Assembly (NCBI GenBank): GCA_963674705.1
Contig: OY771506.1
Coordinates: 1,760,001 to 1,824,000, forward strand
DNA: 64,000 nucleotides
Direction: 5' to 3'
From: Phycisphaeraceae bacterium
GTDB taxonomy: Bacteria > Planctomycetota > Phycisphaerae > Phycisphaerales > Phycisphaeraceae
Shown here one piece after another: positions 31,216-41,672 of this stretch. Within the stretch, counting starts at the first letter, position 1, and each line of letters begins with the position of its first letter. Under the pieces are notes generated by a model that did no database searches, was not told where the DNA came from, and was given only the letters and a program-made list of their open reading frames with translations. The position numbers and the translations under genes were made by a program.

Positions 31216-31309
31216 GAAATGCACACGCATGCTTGGTGTAATCGCGCACAATAAACCAGGCGTGATCACTTCATCGATCCACGCGCAGCTCATTGACTCA
31301 ACACGATCA

Positions 31310-32152
31310 TCAACTGTTCGGCGGCTGCGTTGCGTTCCACAACGCGTGCCACTTCAACGACCACAAATCTAAAATCGGAACGCGCCGCGCCGATCCATCC
31401 AGGAACGTTACGTTGATCGATTCACTGTGCCGATCCACGCACATCCGCTGAAGGTAATAAGGCGGGTATGCGTGCGGGTTCTGAAAATTATCAGGCAACG
31501 GTGTTTCCTCAAACGCCCAACCCATGTCCGCCCACGTGCTGTCACCAAACAGCGGCGTCTCCGTCGTCGCTACCAACTCATCAATCCCACGATCCAGCTT
31601 GCACTCTTCCGGGTCACGGCCGCTTGCAGTGATTCGACCTTTGATCGAATTCGGCACCACCTCTTCCAGCCAGTTGTTGTAACCAAACCCGCCGTAGTTC
31701 TGTGGAACAGAGTACTGACCCGATTCATACCACGCGTACTCCGCATCACCGGGGATCAACGAACCGGCAGGCATGTTGTCGTATTGCGGATCGGGTATCG
31801 GCGCGATCGGACACTCCAGAATCGAAATGTTCGTTGCGTAGTAAGGATACAGATCCACGTACCAGTGCTTGGGTGACAAACGCTTAACGAAGTAACCCTG
31901 ATAACTCCCCACCGCGCGTCCATCATGATCCGTCGCGTACATGAACCAGGCGGTGCCCATCTGTTTCTGATTGGATGCACACTTCATCGCCTTGGCCGAA
32001 CGCCGTGCCGCACCCAACGCCGGCAACAGGATCCCCACCAGTAGCGCAATGATCGAAATCACCACCAGCAACTCGATCAATGTGAAACCACAAACACGAG
32101 AATCCGAATCCGCTGCCCGTAACCTGGTATGACTCGACATGAAACTCACCAC
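31310..32152 (-). CDS. Prepilin-type cleavage/methylation protein with H-X9-DG motif (DUF1559-like)
   Basis: [29 protein letters not shown]...CASNQKQ; C-terminal [13 protein letters not shown]. Confidence 0.9.
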   Translation of the reverse strand: MVSFMSSHTRLRAADSDSRVCGFTLIELLVVISIIALLVGILLPALGAARRSAKAMKCASNQKQMGTAWFMYATDHDGRAVGSYQGYFVKRLSPKHWYVDLYPYYATNISILECPIAPIPDPQYDNMPAGSLIPGDAEYAWYESGQYSVPQNYGGFGYNNWLEEVVPNSIKGRITASGRDPEECKLDRGIDELVATTETPLFGDSTWADMGWAFEETPLPDNFQNPHAYPPYYLQRMCVDRHSESINVTFLDGSARRVPILDLWSLKWHALWNATQPPNS

Positions 32153-32378
32153 TCACTTCCAAGAGGTTTTAGAAAAACCACGTGAAACCAACGTCCGGCA
32201 CAAAGACAAGCTCAAGCACGCAAACCGAGTTGCAGCACACATCTTTTCTCCATCTATTATTGACGACGGCCGTTAAAATTACAATCAATAAATGAATAAA
32301 ATACCGTCAGACCTTCTACGATGCTCGATACTCGCATCATCCTTCCCGATGACAACAGCCCATGTTCCACACGATGTT

Positions 32379-32442
32379 TTATCCCGAAGCCAGCAGTCAG
32401 TAATTATCCCGAAGCCCGCAGTCAGTAATTATTCCGAAGCCC
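32379..32442 (+). repeat. 25-bp tandem repeat, about 2.5 copies, running into a hairpin
   Basis: ttatcccgaagcc(a/c)gcagtcagtaa twice plus a partial third copy, then gcccacgttcgccgaacgtgggc. Confidence 0.75.
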
Positions 32443-32610
32443 ACGTTCGCCGAACGTGGGCAGCCATCAGATCCGCATCGCAATAATCATAGATGTGCAT
32501 ATCCAGCAATCTCTACTCGCGACACTCAAAACCCACAAAAGTACATCAAATAAAAAGGCTGACGCTCACACGCCAGCCTTACCGCTTGTATGTATTGCTA
32601 GCAGAAATAG

Positions 32611-33777
32611 TTAGTCCATCCTCACGCCCAGTTTCTGCGCCAGCGCATCGAACTGGTCCAGGTCGTAGAAGTCGATGATCAGGCTGCCGGTGCCCTTCTT
32701 TCGGCCGGGCTTGATCGCGACCTTTGTCCCAAGCTGTTCGGTCATCTGCTTCTCAAGGTCGACCAAGTACGCAGCCTTGCCGGACGGCGTCTTGCTGCCG
32801 CTACTCGTTGCAGGATCGCTCGGTGAGGTCAGCTTCCGCACCGCCGCCTCGACCTCACGCACGCTCAATCCCTTGCGGACCGCGCGCTCAGCCAACATTA
32901 TTTGCTGGCCAACGTCCGATAATCCCGCAATTGCACGGGCCTGACCCATGGAAAGCAAATTTTCGATAATTAATTGTTTGACCGGTCCCGCCAGCGTCAG
33001 CAGGCGCAGATGGTTCGTGATGCTCGAGCGATCCATCCCCACACGCTTGCCCGCCTCCTCGTGGCTAAGCCCGAACTGATCGATCAGACGCGAGAAAGCC
33101 TCTGCCCTTTCGATCGGGTTCAGGTCTTCACGCTGGAGGTTCTCGATCAACGCCCACTCTGCGATCTGCCGATCGTTCAGCTTCCGCACGATCACCGGCA
33201 CCTTGTCCAGGCCGGCGATCTGGGCGGCACGCCAGCGACGCTCGCCTGCGACCACCTCATATCGTCCAGCACCCGAAACGCTTGGCCTGGCGATGATCGG
33301 CTGCATCACACCTTCCGAGGCGATCGAGTCCGCCAGCCGTTTCAAGCCCGCCTGGTCAAAATGCGTTCGCGGCTGATGACGGTTCGGCTCCAAAACAGCC
33401 ACCGACAAGAAAACAAGCCCATCCCCGGCCGGCTTAGCCTCAGCAGGGCGGTTAACCAGGTTGTTCGGCTGATACCCCCTGTCGCGTACCGGCATAATCG
33501 TCGGCTTGGCGAGCGACTCCGGCTTAGATGCTGTATTAACCTCAGAATGCACCGATTTATCAGGCTCAGCAACCGCAACAGGGGCCTCTTTAGAAGACAC
33601 TTCCGATGCTACCGCAGTAGACGCCGCTTCAGAGGTCGCCTTCTGGGACACTTCCGAAACTGCTTCTCGACCTGCTTCCTGGGGTTCCGCCACGGGCGGA
33701 AGAATCTGCACCGGCTTGGACATCAGACTGCTCAAACCCCGCCCCAGACGAGGAGACTTCTTCTTTTGATTCGTCAC
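32611..33777 (-). CDS. parB: Chromosome partitioning protein ParB/Spo0J
   Basis: RLGRGLSSL, PNRHQPR, VAGERRWRAA, ALIENLQREDLNPIERA, HTH; GTG start after GGAGG. Confidence 0.95.
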   Translation of the reverse strand: MTNQKKKSPRLGRGLSSLMSKPVQILPPVAEPQEAGREAVSEVSQKATSEAASTAVASEVSSKEAPVAVAEPDKSVHSEVNTASKPESLAKPTIMPVRDRGYQPNNLVNRPAEAKPAGDGLVFLSVAVLEPNRHQPRTHFDQAGLKRLADSIASEGVMQPIIARPSVSGAGRYEVVAGERRWRAAQIAGLDKVPVIVRKLNDRQIAEWALIENLQREDLNPIERAEAFSRLIDQFGLSHEEAGKRVGMDRSSITNHLRLLTLAGPVKQLIIENLLSMGQARAIAGLSDVGQQIMLAERAVRKGLSVREVEAAVRKLTSPSDPATSSGSKTPSGKAAYLVDLEKQMTEQLGTKVAIKPGRKKGTGSLIIDFYDLDQFDALAQKLGVRMD

Positions 33778-33863
33778 AACGACCTCCGTGTCACAAAGGA
33801 TATGAAAACACCATTCAGCCAACAGTTTAGCGTTCTGCCCCGCTGAAGCCAAATCTGAACACG

Positions 33864-33879
33864 TGTTCCACGTGGAACA
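33864..33879. promoter_or_regulatory. parS site (TGTTCCACGTGGAACA)
   Basis: Perfect 16-bp palindrome matching the widespread chromosomal parS consensus, just upstream of parB. Confidence 0.92.
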
Positions 33880-34054
33880 TGGGACAAACAGGATAGGAAG
33901 AATTAGCCACAGATGAACACGGATGAAGACAGATGAAGAAGTATCAACAGATTCCAGCGATTTCACGGATCTCCCATGGCAAATATCCCACACCCGACAC
34001 CCTCATCACCTACGGATACATCCCTGAATCCTCATTTTTATCTATGCCTACCTG

Positions 34055-34070
34055 TGTTCCACGTGGAACA
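34055..34070. promoter_or_regulatory. parS site (TGTTCCACGTGGAACA)
   Basis: Second identical palindrome. Confidence 0.92.
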
Positions 34071-34393
34071 TGGGCCGAGCAGGGGAGGGTGGAATTAGCC
34101 ACGGATGAACACGGATAAACACAGATGCAGAACCATCGCAGATTCCAGTGATTGCGCAGATCAACAAAGCCTAATAAAATACACCCCGCACCCCACACCC
34201 GACGCCCTAATTCTACAGATCACCTTCACTCCCCCTTACTCTTATCCGTGTTAATCTGTGTTCATCCTTGGCTGAATAAACTCACAAATTCTTATTTCAT
34301 AATTACTTATACACAATTATTGCGTCGCGCTATTATTATCGGACCTTAAATATCGCTCCCAGTTTCAATACCTCCCTAGCCGATATTCACGAT

Positions 34394-35215
34394 ATGGCAG
34401 ACCCTCCCGCCAACGATCAGCCGGGCACATTCAGGCCCCCGACACCCACTCAGCAGTTGCTCGATGAGTTCGCGCGGGTTGAAGGGCAGTTCAGCCAAAT
34501 CAAGGAAGGGCTCTCCCAGCTCCAACGCCTCTCCACCATGGGCACACTCACCGCCACCGTCATCCATGAGGTCAACAACCTCCTCACCCCCGTCATCAGC
34601 TACGCCCAGCTTGCCCTGACCAAACCCGATGACAAAGCCCTTTCAGACAAGGCCCACCGCAAAGCCATCGAAGCCACTGAACGTGTTTCACAGCTTTGCT
34701 CCACGCTCCTGGGCTACGCCCGCGATGATGAAGATGGCATCACCAGTGATCTGCGTTCAGTCATCGAATCCGCCATCGCCTGTCTGGGCAGGGGGTTAGA
34801 AAAAGACGGCATCGAGCTGATCCTCGATGTTCCACCCATCGAAGTCGCCATGGCAGCGTCCAGCCTGGAACAGGTGCTGGTGAACATCGTTCTCAACGCC
34901 CGCAAGGCCATGGCCGAGCAGGGGGGTACTCTGACCATCCGCGCCCACGTGAACAATGATCACATCGACCTGGACATCTCCGACACCGGCCCGGGCATCC
35001 CGCCCGAAGTCGCCGACCGTTTGTTCGAGCCGTTCGTCACCTACAGCACCAACCCGCAGCTCGACGAACACAAAGGCACCGGCCTGGGCCTGAGCGTCTG
35101 CCGCGACCTCATCACCGCCGCCGGCGGCCGGATCACCGCCGACAGCCAACCCAACCAGGGCGCCACCTTCCACCTCACACTTCCCCGCCCGATCCCCCTG
35201 CGCCAAAGCGCATAA
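34394..35215 (+). CDS. Cytoplasmic histidine kinase without an evident sensor domain
   Basis: H-box IHEVNNLL, N-box NIVLNARKA, DTGPGI, LFEPF, GTGLGL. Confidence 0.92.
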   Translation: MADPPANDQPGTFRPPTPTQQLLDEFARVEGQFSQIKEGLSQLQRLSTMGTLTATVIHEVNNLLTPVISYAQLALTKPDDKALSDKAHRKAIEATERVSQLCSTLLGYARDDEDGITSDLRSVIESAIACLGRGLEKDGIELILDVPPIEVAMAASSLEQVLVNIVLNARKAMAEQGGTLTIRAHVNNDHIDLDISDTGPGIPPEVADRLFEPFVTYSTNPQLDEHKGTGLGLSVCRDLITAAGGRITADSQPNQGATFHLTLPRPIPLRQSA

Positions 35216-35524
35216 CACAACGAACCCGACAATCTGATTTATATAGTCAGTCCCCGCGCGCCCACACCGATCGGTCATGACATTCATCGCACCCGCAACA
35301 ACCCTACCCGTTGAGCGCTACGGTATCTAAACACATACCACAAATCCCCACCTGTTTAGCGTGCGAACTTGTTCGCACCTGCATCTGTCCGAGATGCAGT
35401 TAACAACAAACATCACTACCAAACACAAACAATGATTAGCCACGGATAAACACAGATGAACACGGATGAAAGAAGTATCCGCAGATGACGCAGATGGCGC
35501 AAATTTCTAAGACCAAAATAAAAT

Positions 35525-35594
35525 CCCCACACCCCACACCCCACACCCCACACCCCACACCCCACACCCCACACCCCACACCCCACACCCCACA
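35525..35594 (+). repeat. Tandem 7-mer (CCCCACA)x10
   Basis: Ten perfect copies counted. Confidence 0.95.
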
Positions 35595-35818
35595 CCCCCA
35601 ATCTCCAAATCCGCGACATCTGCTCAATCTACGGATCACCTCTGTTACTTCATCCTCATCCATCTCCATCCATCTTCATCTCTGGCTTGATACCCCGCAG
35701 GATTATCAGCCGTACGTGCCTGAGTAACTTCATCGTGATTTCATCAAACAACCGATAGGGGTGCCACGCGACACATCGGTTTGCGGATCGCGGGGCCTTC
35801 AACCAAGAGGAATGCACG

Positions 35819-36754
35819 ATGAACAGATTAACCCACGCTCTGGCATGCTTCGTCGCCGTTCTGGCCACCGCAACGTCACACGCCGCCGTGACGCTCAACC
35901 TCGTGCCGGTTGACAATTCAAGTCAACTGACAGGCTATAACACGCTCGACCTGGAATTCGTTACCCCGAAACGCGACTGGCAGATTACCGTACTGTTTCT
36001 ACAACTCACCTCCGGCACGATCTACCAGGACCCGATGGGCAGTGACAGCCCACCGATTTCAGAAGTGGTCAACCTCGCACCAAGTGTGCAGTTCGATACC
36101 TACGTCGGCTTGCCCAACGGTTTTGTCGCAGGCGGCGCGGGCGATATAGAAAAAAAGCACGGCTACGAGTTCTCAACGACTTGCTTGAGCACAACCTTCT
36201 TCAACACAGACAAAAACGATATCGGCAACATTCCGATAGGACGCATCACGCTCTCCGATGATGCCGTCGGCACATGGGCAATGTATTCTTCGACATATGA
36301 TCTCATATACTTTTCTCATACAGGCTCCATCACGCAAGGCCTCATGGCAATCGATAGCGAAACGATCTTCGCCCAGACATACGCATATGCAGGGATCAAA
36401 GCGGCAGACAGCAGGACGGTGCTATTAACCCAATATGTCACCGACGAAGTGCGCGAGCAGGCCGGCAACGGATACCCGGGCAACGCTGCATATGAACATG
36501 CAGTGTTACATATTCTGTTAGACATGCTGGAAGAACAAGCGGCTGATCCCGACACGCCCGGATACGAACAGCTTCAAGATGGTGAATATTTTTGGCGTCA
36601 GCAAGACTACATCTACACCGAAGCCGAGTACCTCGAATACCTCGATTACCTCGACACCATCTCACTCGAATCCAACACCCCCTCGAATCCCGAGCCCGGC
36701 GCCTTATCACTACTGGCCCTCGGCAGCCTGGCACTGTTGCGTCGACGCGGTTGA
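35819..36754 (+). CDS. PEP-CTERM sorting-domain protein
   Basis: Signal peptide; C-terminus NPEPGALSLLALGSLALLRRRG. Confidence 0.88.
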   Translation: MNRLTHALACFVAVLATATSHAAVTLNLVPVDNSSQLTGYNTLDLEFVTPKRDWQITVLFLQLTSGTIYQDPMGSDSPPISEVVNLAPSVQFDTYVGLPNGFVAGGAGDIEKKHGYEFSTTCLSTTFFNTDKNDIGNIPIGRITLSDDAVGTWAMYSSTYDLIYFSHTGSITQGLMAIDSETIFAQTYAYAGIKAADSRTVLLTQYVTDEVREQAGNGYPGNAAYEHAVLHILLDMLEEQAADPDTPGYEQLQDGEYFWRQQDYIYTEAEYLEYLDYLDTISLESNTPSNPEPGALSLLALGSLALLRRRG

Positions 36755-36813
36755 GTTCAGCATAGATCCATGTCTGTTGCTGCATGCAAGCCCATACAAC
36801 CGAATCGAAAATC

Positions 36814-36834
36814 AGCCCCCGGCTTGCCGGGGGT
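36814..36834. repeat. REP-like palindrome AGCCCCCGGCTTGCCGGGGG
   Basis: Further copies near 38606 and, inverted, near 38764-38783. Confidence 0.75.
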
Positions 36835-37018
36835 GACCACACCATCCCACCAGAACCAAACAACACCACCCCCTCATCAGCCGCGACCATCGGTCTCGCT
36901 GCGGATGTGTGGCCATCCATCCCTTACTCAGCCACAGATGAACACAGATAAACACGGATAGAAAAGAAGTATCCGCAGATGAAACAGATTGCGCAGATTT
37001 CTAAGACCAAATAAAATT

Positions 37019-37060
37019 CCCCAATCCCCAATCCCCAATCCCCAATCCCCAATCCCCAAC
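37019..37060 (+). repeat. Tandem 7-mer (CCCCAAT)x5 plus one variant
   Basis: Counted directly. Confidence 0.9.
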
Positions 37061-37212
37061 AAATACCCCGGAAACTTGCACGAAATAAACTGGGATCACC
37101 CGATTAATTTAGTACAATGCGGTCTGCTGATTTGATGGTCCGGGTCGCCACCTCCGTCCGATCTATCGGAGGCATCCGCCGGGGCCGGGGTCTTATTGGA
37201 AAAGGGAACGAG

Positions 37213-38544
37213 ATGATCAAAACGACTTCCTCGCTGGCCTGTCTTGTCAGCGCATTGCTGTTTGCGCCCGTCACGCAAGCCGCTGTGTTAGTAGAACAGC
37301 CGTACGCAATCGAATGGTCCGCGCAGATCGGCACGTCCGCAGTCGACCAAAGTGTTTCAGTCGCGGTGGATAGCTCGGGTAATACTTACATCAGTGGTGT
37401 TACCGGCGGTGACCTCGACGGCACCAACGCGGGGTCTGCAGACGCCTTCCTGACCAAGTTCGATGCGTCCGGCAATGTGCTCTGGACCCGGCAGATCGGC
37501 ACGGCGAAGTTCGATGGCTGCAGAGCCGTGGCGGTTGACAGCGCAGGCTACATCTACATCAGTGGGGGAACGAGTGGCAGTCTCGGTGGTACCTACGCTG
37601 GTGCAGGCGACACCTACCTCACGAAGTTTGATCCTTCGGGTAATGTGCTGTGGTCCCGGCAGATCGGTACAACGAAAAGCGATGAAAGCTTTGGCGTGGC
37701 CGTGGACGGATCGAGTAACGTTTACATCACAGGCACAACCAGCGGTAGCCTCGGTGGAGCCAATGAAGGTGAGGACGATATCTACCTGACCAAGTTCGAT
37801 TCATCGGGTAATGTCGTGTGGACGCAACAGATCGGAACAGAAGACGACGACTTTGCACAGTCCGTGACAGTGGACAGTTCGGGCAACATCTACATCAGCG
37901 GCGGGACATACGGCAGCCTCGACGGGACTAACGCGGGATCTGTCGACGCCTTCCTGACGAAGTTTGATACCTCCGGCAATGAACTATGGACCGAGCAACT
38001 CGGTACAGCATACACCGATGGCAGTAATGCCGTAGCGACGGATAGTGCGGGCAACGTTTACATCAGCGGTATCACCGCAGGCGATCTTGGCGGAACCAAC
38101 GCAGGTGCAAATGACGCCTTTCTGACAAAGTACGATGCCTCCGGCAACCTCCAATGGAGCCGTCAGATCGGCACAATATCCGACGACCGTAGCTACAGCG
38201 TAGCTGTGGACAGCTCCGGCAACATCTTCATCAGCGGCTTTACAAGGGGGGACCTTAATGGGGGAACGAACGCGGGTAATTATGACGCCTTCGTGGCAAA
38301 ATACGACGCCTCCGGCAGCCTGCTCTGGACCCAACTATTCGGCACGACGGACGTTGATGAGAGCCATGCATTGGCAGTTGACAGCGAGGGCAACGTGTAC
38401 AGCAGCGGTTACACATACGGCGACCTCGGCGGAACCAACGCGGGAGACTTCGATGCCTTTCTCGTCAAGTTCACCGTCCCCGAACCCACAAGCCTCAGCC
38501 TCCTCGCATTAGGCGCGTTGGCGCTGCTGCGACGACGCGGTTGA
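37213..38544 (+). CDS. SBBP beta-propeller repeat protein with PEP-CTERM anchor
   Basis: Seven repeats of AVDSSGNxYISGxTxGxLGGTNAGxxDAFLTKFD; VPEPTSLSLLALGALALLRRRG; signal peptide from the ATG at 37213. Confidence 0.92.
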   Translation: MIKTTSSLACLVSALLFAPVTQAAVLVEQPYAIEWSAQIGTSAVDQSVSVAVDSSGNTYISGVTGGDLDGTNAGSADAFLTKFDASGNVLWTRQIGTAKFDGCRAVAVDSAGYIYISGGTSGSLGGTYAGAGDTYLTKFDPSGNVLWSRQIGTTKSDESFGVAVDGSSNVYITGTTSGSLGGANEGEDDIYLTKFDSSGNVVWTQQIGTEDDDFAQSVTVDSSGNIYISGGTYGSLDGTNAGSVDAFLTKFDTSGNELWTEQLGTAYTDGSNAVATDSAGNVYISGITAGDLGGTNAGANDAFLTKYDASGNLQWSRQIGTISDDRSYSVAVDSSGNIFISGFTRGDLNGGTNAGNYDAFVAKYDASGSLLWTQLFGTTDVDESHALAVDSEGNVYSSGYTYGDLGGTNAGDFDAFLVKFTVPEPTSLSLLALGALALLRRRG

Positions 38545-39154
38545 AGCAAACGCAGGCCAGAGTCTGATCATGCATCCGATCCAACCGTACGACCGGATCG
38601 TCATTAGCCCCCGGCTTGCCGGGGGTGGCTGCACAGAGCTACACGAACCAAACAATCCCGCTCACACCTTCATCAGCCGCGAACCGCCGGCTCGCGCGCC
38701 CCATTCGTCCAACACACGTCACGCACCAGACACACCTCACATCCAACACCCCATTCACCACCACCCCCGGCAAGCCGGGGGCTAACTAGATTCAATCCGA
38801 ATTCATCCGACACAATCTCCGAATCTGCGTCATCTGCGCAATCTGCGGATCACTCTCTTCTTGCCTTCCCTCTTATCTGTGTTCATCCGTGTTCATCGGT
38901 GGCTAAATCTTCTTCACTAACAAGCGACCCATCCCCACCCTCGCCGCAAACCTATAACCACATCTACGTCAGCCAGTTGCCCGCAGCACAACCGGCGGGG
39001 CGGCCGGGTGAGATCCGTTTTCCAACAAGTAATCCACAATCCACATCAGCCCAAGTGGATATCTTGTCGGCAACTTTTGCGCTGCAACGTCCGATAGTGC
39101 CGATACACATACCAGGGGGCCAGAAACGCTGTTTGGTGGAGAATTTTTAAAGAA

Positions 39155-39204
39155 ATGTGAAGCATGGAGGCAAATAGTGTTGAGCAGAGGGGCAAAGTGG
39201 GGTA
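39155..39204 (+). promoter_or_regulatory. Candidate MraZ-binding repeats (degenerate GTGGG at 10-bp spacing)
   Basis: atGTGAAg, GGAGG, aGTGTT, aGAGGGG, aGTGGGG at about 10-nt periodicity directly upstream of mraZ. Confidence 0.55.
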
Positions 39205-39234
39205 TATTCCCCTCGTCCTGAAGCGAGTAACACC

Positions 39235-39735
39235 TTGGTTTTTACCGGAACCTATGACCACACGATCGACACAAAGAATCGCCTGGCCATACCGGCCGAA
39301 GTCAGAGCGCAAATCAAGCGCTCGACCAAGGCCAAGGCGGGCGACCCGGTATACCTCTATGTGACACTCGGGACGGACGGGACGCTTTGCCTCTATACGG
39401 AGCAAGGCTACGAGCAGCGGGCCGATGAGCTGGACAACTCGGAAATGGATGCCGAGCAGCTTCTGGAGTATGAACGGATGTTCTACTCCTTGTCCAAACT
39501 CGTCGAGCTCGACAAGCAGGGACGCGTGACTTTGCCCGCCGACCTGTTGACCCGCTCGGGACTGGGCAGCGACGTCGTGCTCATCGGTGTGAAGGACCAC
39601 ATCGAGATCCGCGACAGGCAGGCCTGGAACGAGCACTTGCAGCGGATGTTGGCCGAAAGGCCTGACATCCTCATGAACCCGCGACTCGCGATGCGCAGAC
39701 GAAGGACCGACAGTCAAGGCCAGGATGGCCCGTAA
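39235..39735 (+). CDS. mraZ: Transcriptional regulator MraZ
   Basis: FTGTYDHTIDTKNRLAIPA and ELDKQGRVTLP...VLIGVKDHIEI (two SpoVT/AbrB-like repeats). Confidence 0.93.
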   Translation: MVFTGTYDHTIDTKNRLAIPAEVRAQIKRSTKAKAGDPVYLYVTLGTDGTLCLYTEQGYEQRADELDNSEMDAEQLLEYERMFYSLSKLVELDKQGRVTLPADLLTRSGLGSDVVLIGVKDHIEIRDRQAWNEHLQRMLAERPDILMNPRLAMRRRRTDSQGQDGP

Positions 39736-39759
39736 GATCAGGAACACTTAACCAAACGA

Positions 39760-40331
39760 TCAAGGGGTACACCAGCACAACAAACACAAGCCCGAACGCA
39801 CGCGAGCCAAGGCCGGCCCGCAACGTGAAAAGGGCGACAAACATCGGCAAATTCCGCACTTTTTTTATGAATTTGCCCCAGCACCAGCGGAGGTCATGGA
39901 ACGGACTCCAGCCTGTTCGACGTGACCGCATACCAGCCCGCCTGACCAAGGACGGATCGGCGGATAACTGGGCCAAACGCCAGAGCATCAGTGATCGGGT
40001 GCCTTGCAACCGTAATCGATCTGGCGTACGCGGACACGACCGACGGCACCTCTGCTGTTTGTTTGGATTGCACCACGCAAGTCGGCGCCTGTGAAAACGC
40101 GCCCGGTTTGCCCAACCGGTGCAGCATGACTTCCGCCTGTTGTCCGCCAACATTCAAGCAGGTTTTTCTATCCGCGGTCGAACCTTTCTCGACCTGATTG
40201 CGTAGTAAAGATAGGTAAAACAACGGTCGGGCTGAAAAGCCCGTGTACGGTCCCACAACGACTCAAGCACCGTATCCTTCTCCTCCTAAGCCACGCCCGC
40301 CGGTCACCCTCCCGCTGAGCGTGGTTTTTTT
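39760..40331 (+). ncRNA. Candidate large structured RNA downstream of mraZ
   Basis: No credible ORF; an almost continuous chain of stem-loops, including GAAA-capped ones, ending in an intrinsic terminator. Boundaries approximate. Confidence 0.6.
40288..40331 (+). terminator. Rho-independent terminator
   Basis: aagccacgc...gcgtggtt stem followed by a T run. Confidence 0.75.
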
Positions 40332-40481
40332 ACGTCCTGCTCACATGCAACCACATCTTTTTATAAAACAGCTACTTACAAGCACATTATTTGCCCATCC
40401 GTCGAATAAATGCTCGACAGCCCAGCAATCGCACGATAGTATTAAAGACGTGTTGAACTTTATTCCGTGAGGTGAACGACC

Positions 40482-41672
40482 ATGCGACTGACTCGGCTGA
40501 TGCTGCTGGCCTTGTTCATCGTTCTGGCGACGCCGGTCTTCTGGGAGGCGCAGCACTGCGCGTTCGGCTGAGGCGGTGGGTCGGGAGGATCGATCCGCCG
40601 TAGCGGTTCATCGATCCGTCTCACCTCTTCCGGTCGGAAGAGCTCCTCGAAACCAGAGTTGTCACAGGACCGGCGCGATAAGTGCGAACGTATGCTCGAC
40701 CTTGCCGAGCGCATGCTGTCCAATGACCGCCTGCCCGATGCGTATCGCTACGTCATGATCGCAGAGTCCATCGGCAAGTCCGACAGCAGTCTGCTCAGCA
40801 AAGTCAAGCAAACAGCGAACAACGTCAAGACCGCTGCCGAAAAGAAACTCGATGCGGCCGAACAATTCTACGAAAACGAGCAATACACCGAAGCGATCGA
40901 AGCCTACTCAAGCATCTCCGGCCTGCGCAAGCTCGATGTCGCGCGAGATGCGCGGATGAAACTTGCAGAGATACAGCGCAACCCCGCTGTCCGCGCAAGC
41001 ATGCGTGAGATCAGGGCCTGCCAACGGCTTGAAGATGTGCTCGAGATGATCGATATCACCAACATGGATATCGAAGTTGTCGACGACAGCGAACTGGAAA
41101 CCTGCAGCAGCGATGAAACGCTGCCAAGTCTTGCGATAGGGGACCAGGGCAACGACAGCCACGAATACGCGATCTTCGGCTCCGCACCCGCACAATTGGG
41201 CGACACGCAAACCGGCGCAAGCAACACGCAAAGCGGGTCATCGCACGACTACGCCGCATTCCCGTCGGCAGCCGCGTTCGCCGCGGCAAGCCCGCTGCCC
41301 GCTGAATCCGTCGAAGAAATGGAAGAGCTTGGCCTGTCTGAAGTAGAAGTTGCGCTGCTCTTGATTATTTGCGATCGCATCAAGTTCCTCGACAAACTCG
41401 AAGCCGTCGCCGACAACTACAGCGACACCAAGTCAGGCCAACGCGCACGCGACCTGGCGAACGACCTGCGTGCCTGCGATGCGTTTATGGACGGCCTGGA
41501 ATACCACCGCACCGAAGAACATGCCATGGAATACATCTCCATGGCCAAGCAATATGAACAGATCGGCAAGACCGACCTCGCGATCAAGTTCTACAAAGAT
41601 GCCATCCTCACCTGCCCGGATAGCGAATGGAGCAAAGCCGCCCAGGACGGGATCGATCAACTGAATAACTGA
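40482..41672 (+). CDS. Exported helical/TPR-like protein, predicted selenoprotein (UGA at 40569-40571, codon 30)
   Basis: GAGGTG SD and ATG at 40482, signal peptide MRLTRLMLLALFIVLATPVFWEAQHCAFG, TGA, then an open frame continuing into the track's 40659 ORF; strong hairpin after the UGA. Confidence 0.75.
40572..40626 (+). promoter_or_regulatory. SECIS-like hairpin
   Basis: GGATCGAT(40587-94)/ATCGATCC(40610-17) stem, CCGC/GCGG upper stem, CGTA loop 27 nt after the UGA. Confidence 0.65.

Noticed and set aside
32174..32189. Third parS site (AAAACCACGTGAAACC)
   Set aside because: Only the core and right half match; the left arm is not palindromic.
32379..32465. Possible mini-CRISPR
   Set aside because: The 25-bp units are directly adjacent with no spacers, and there are no cas genes.
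33778..33993. N-terminal extension of ParB in the ORF track
   Set aside because: It runs through a parS site and a family B repeat; the GTG at 33777 has a good SD and precedes the LGRGL motif.
39736..40331. tmRNA, RNase P RNA or the short ORFs listed in the track
   Set aside because: No tRNA-like ends, no GAGGAAAGUCC-type RNase P motif on either strand, and the overlapping ORFs lack SD sequences and protein-like composition.
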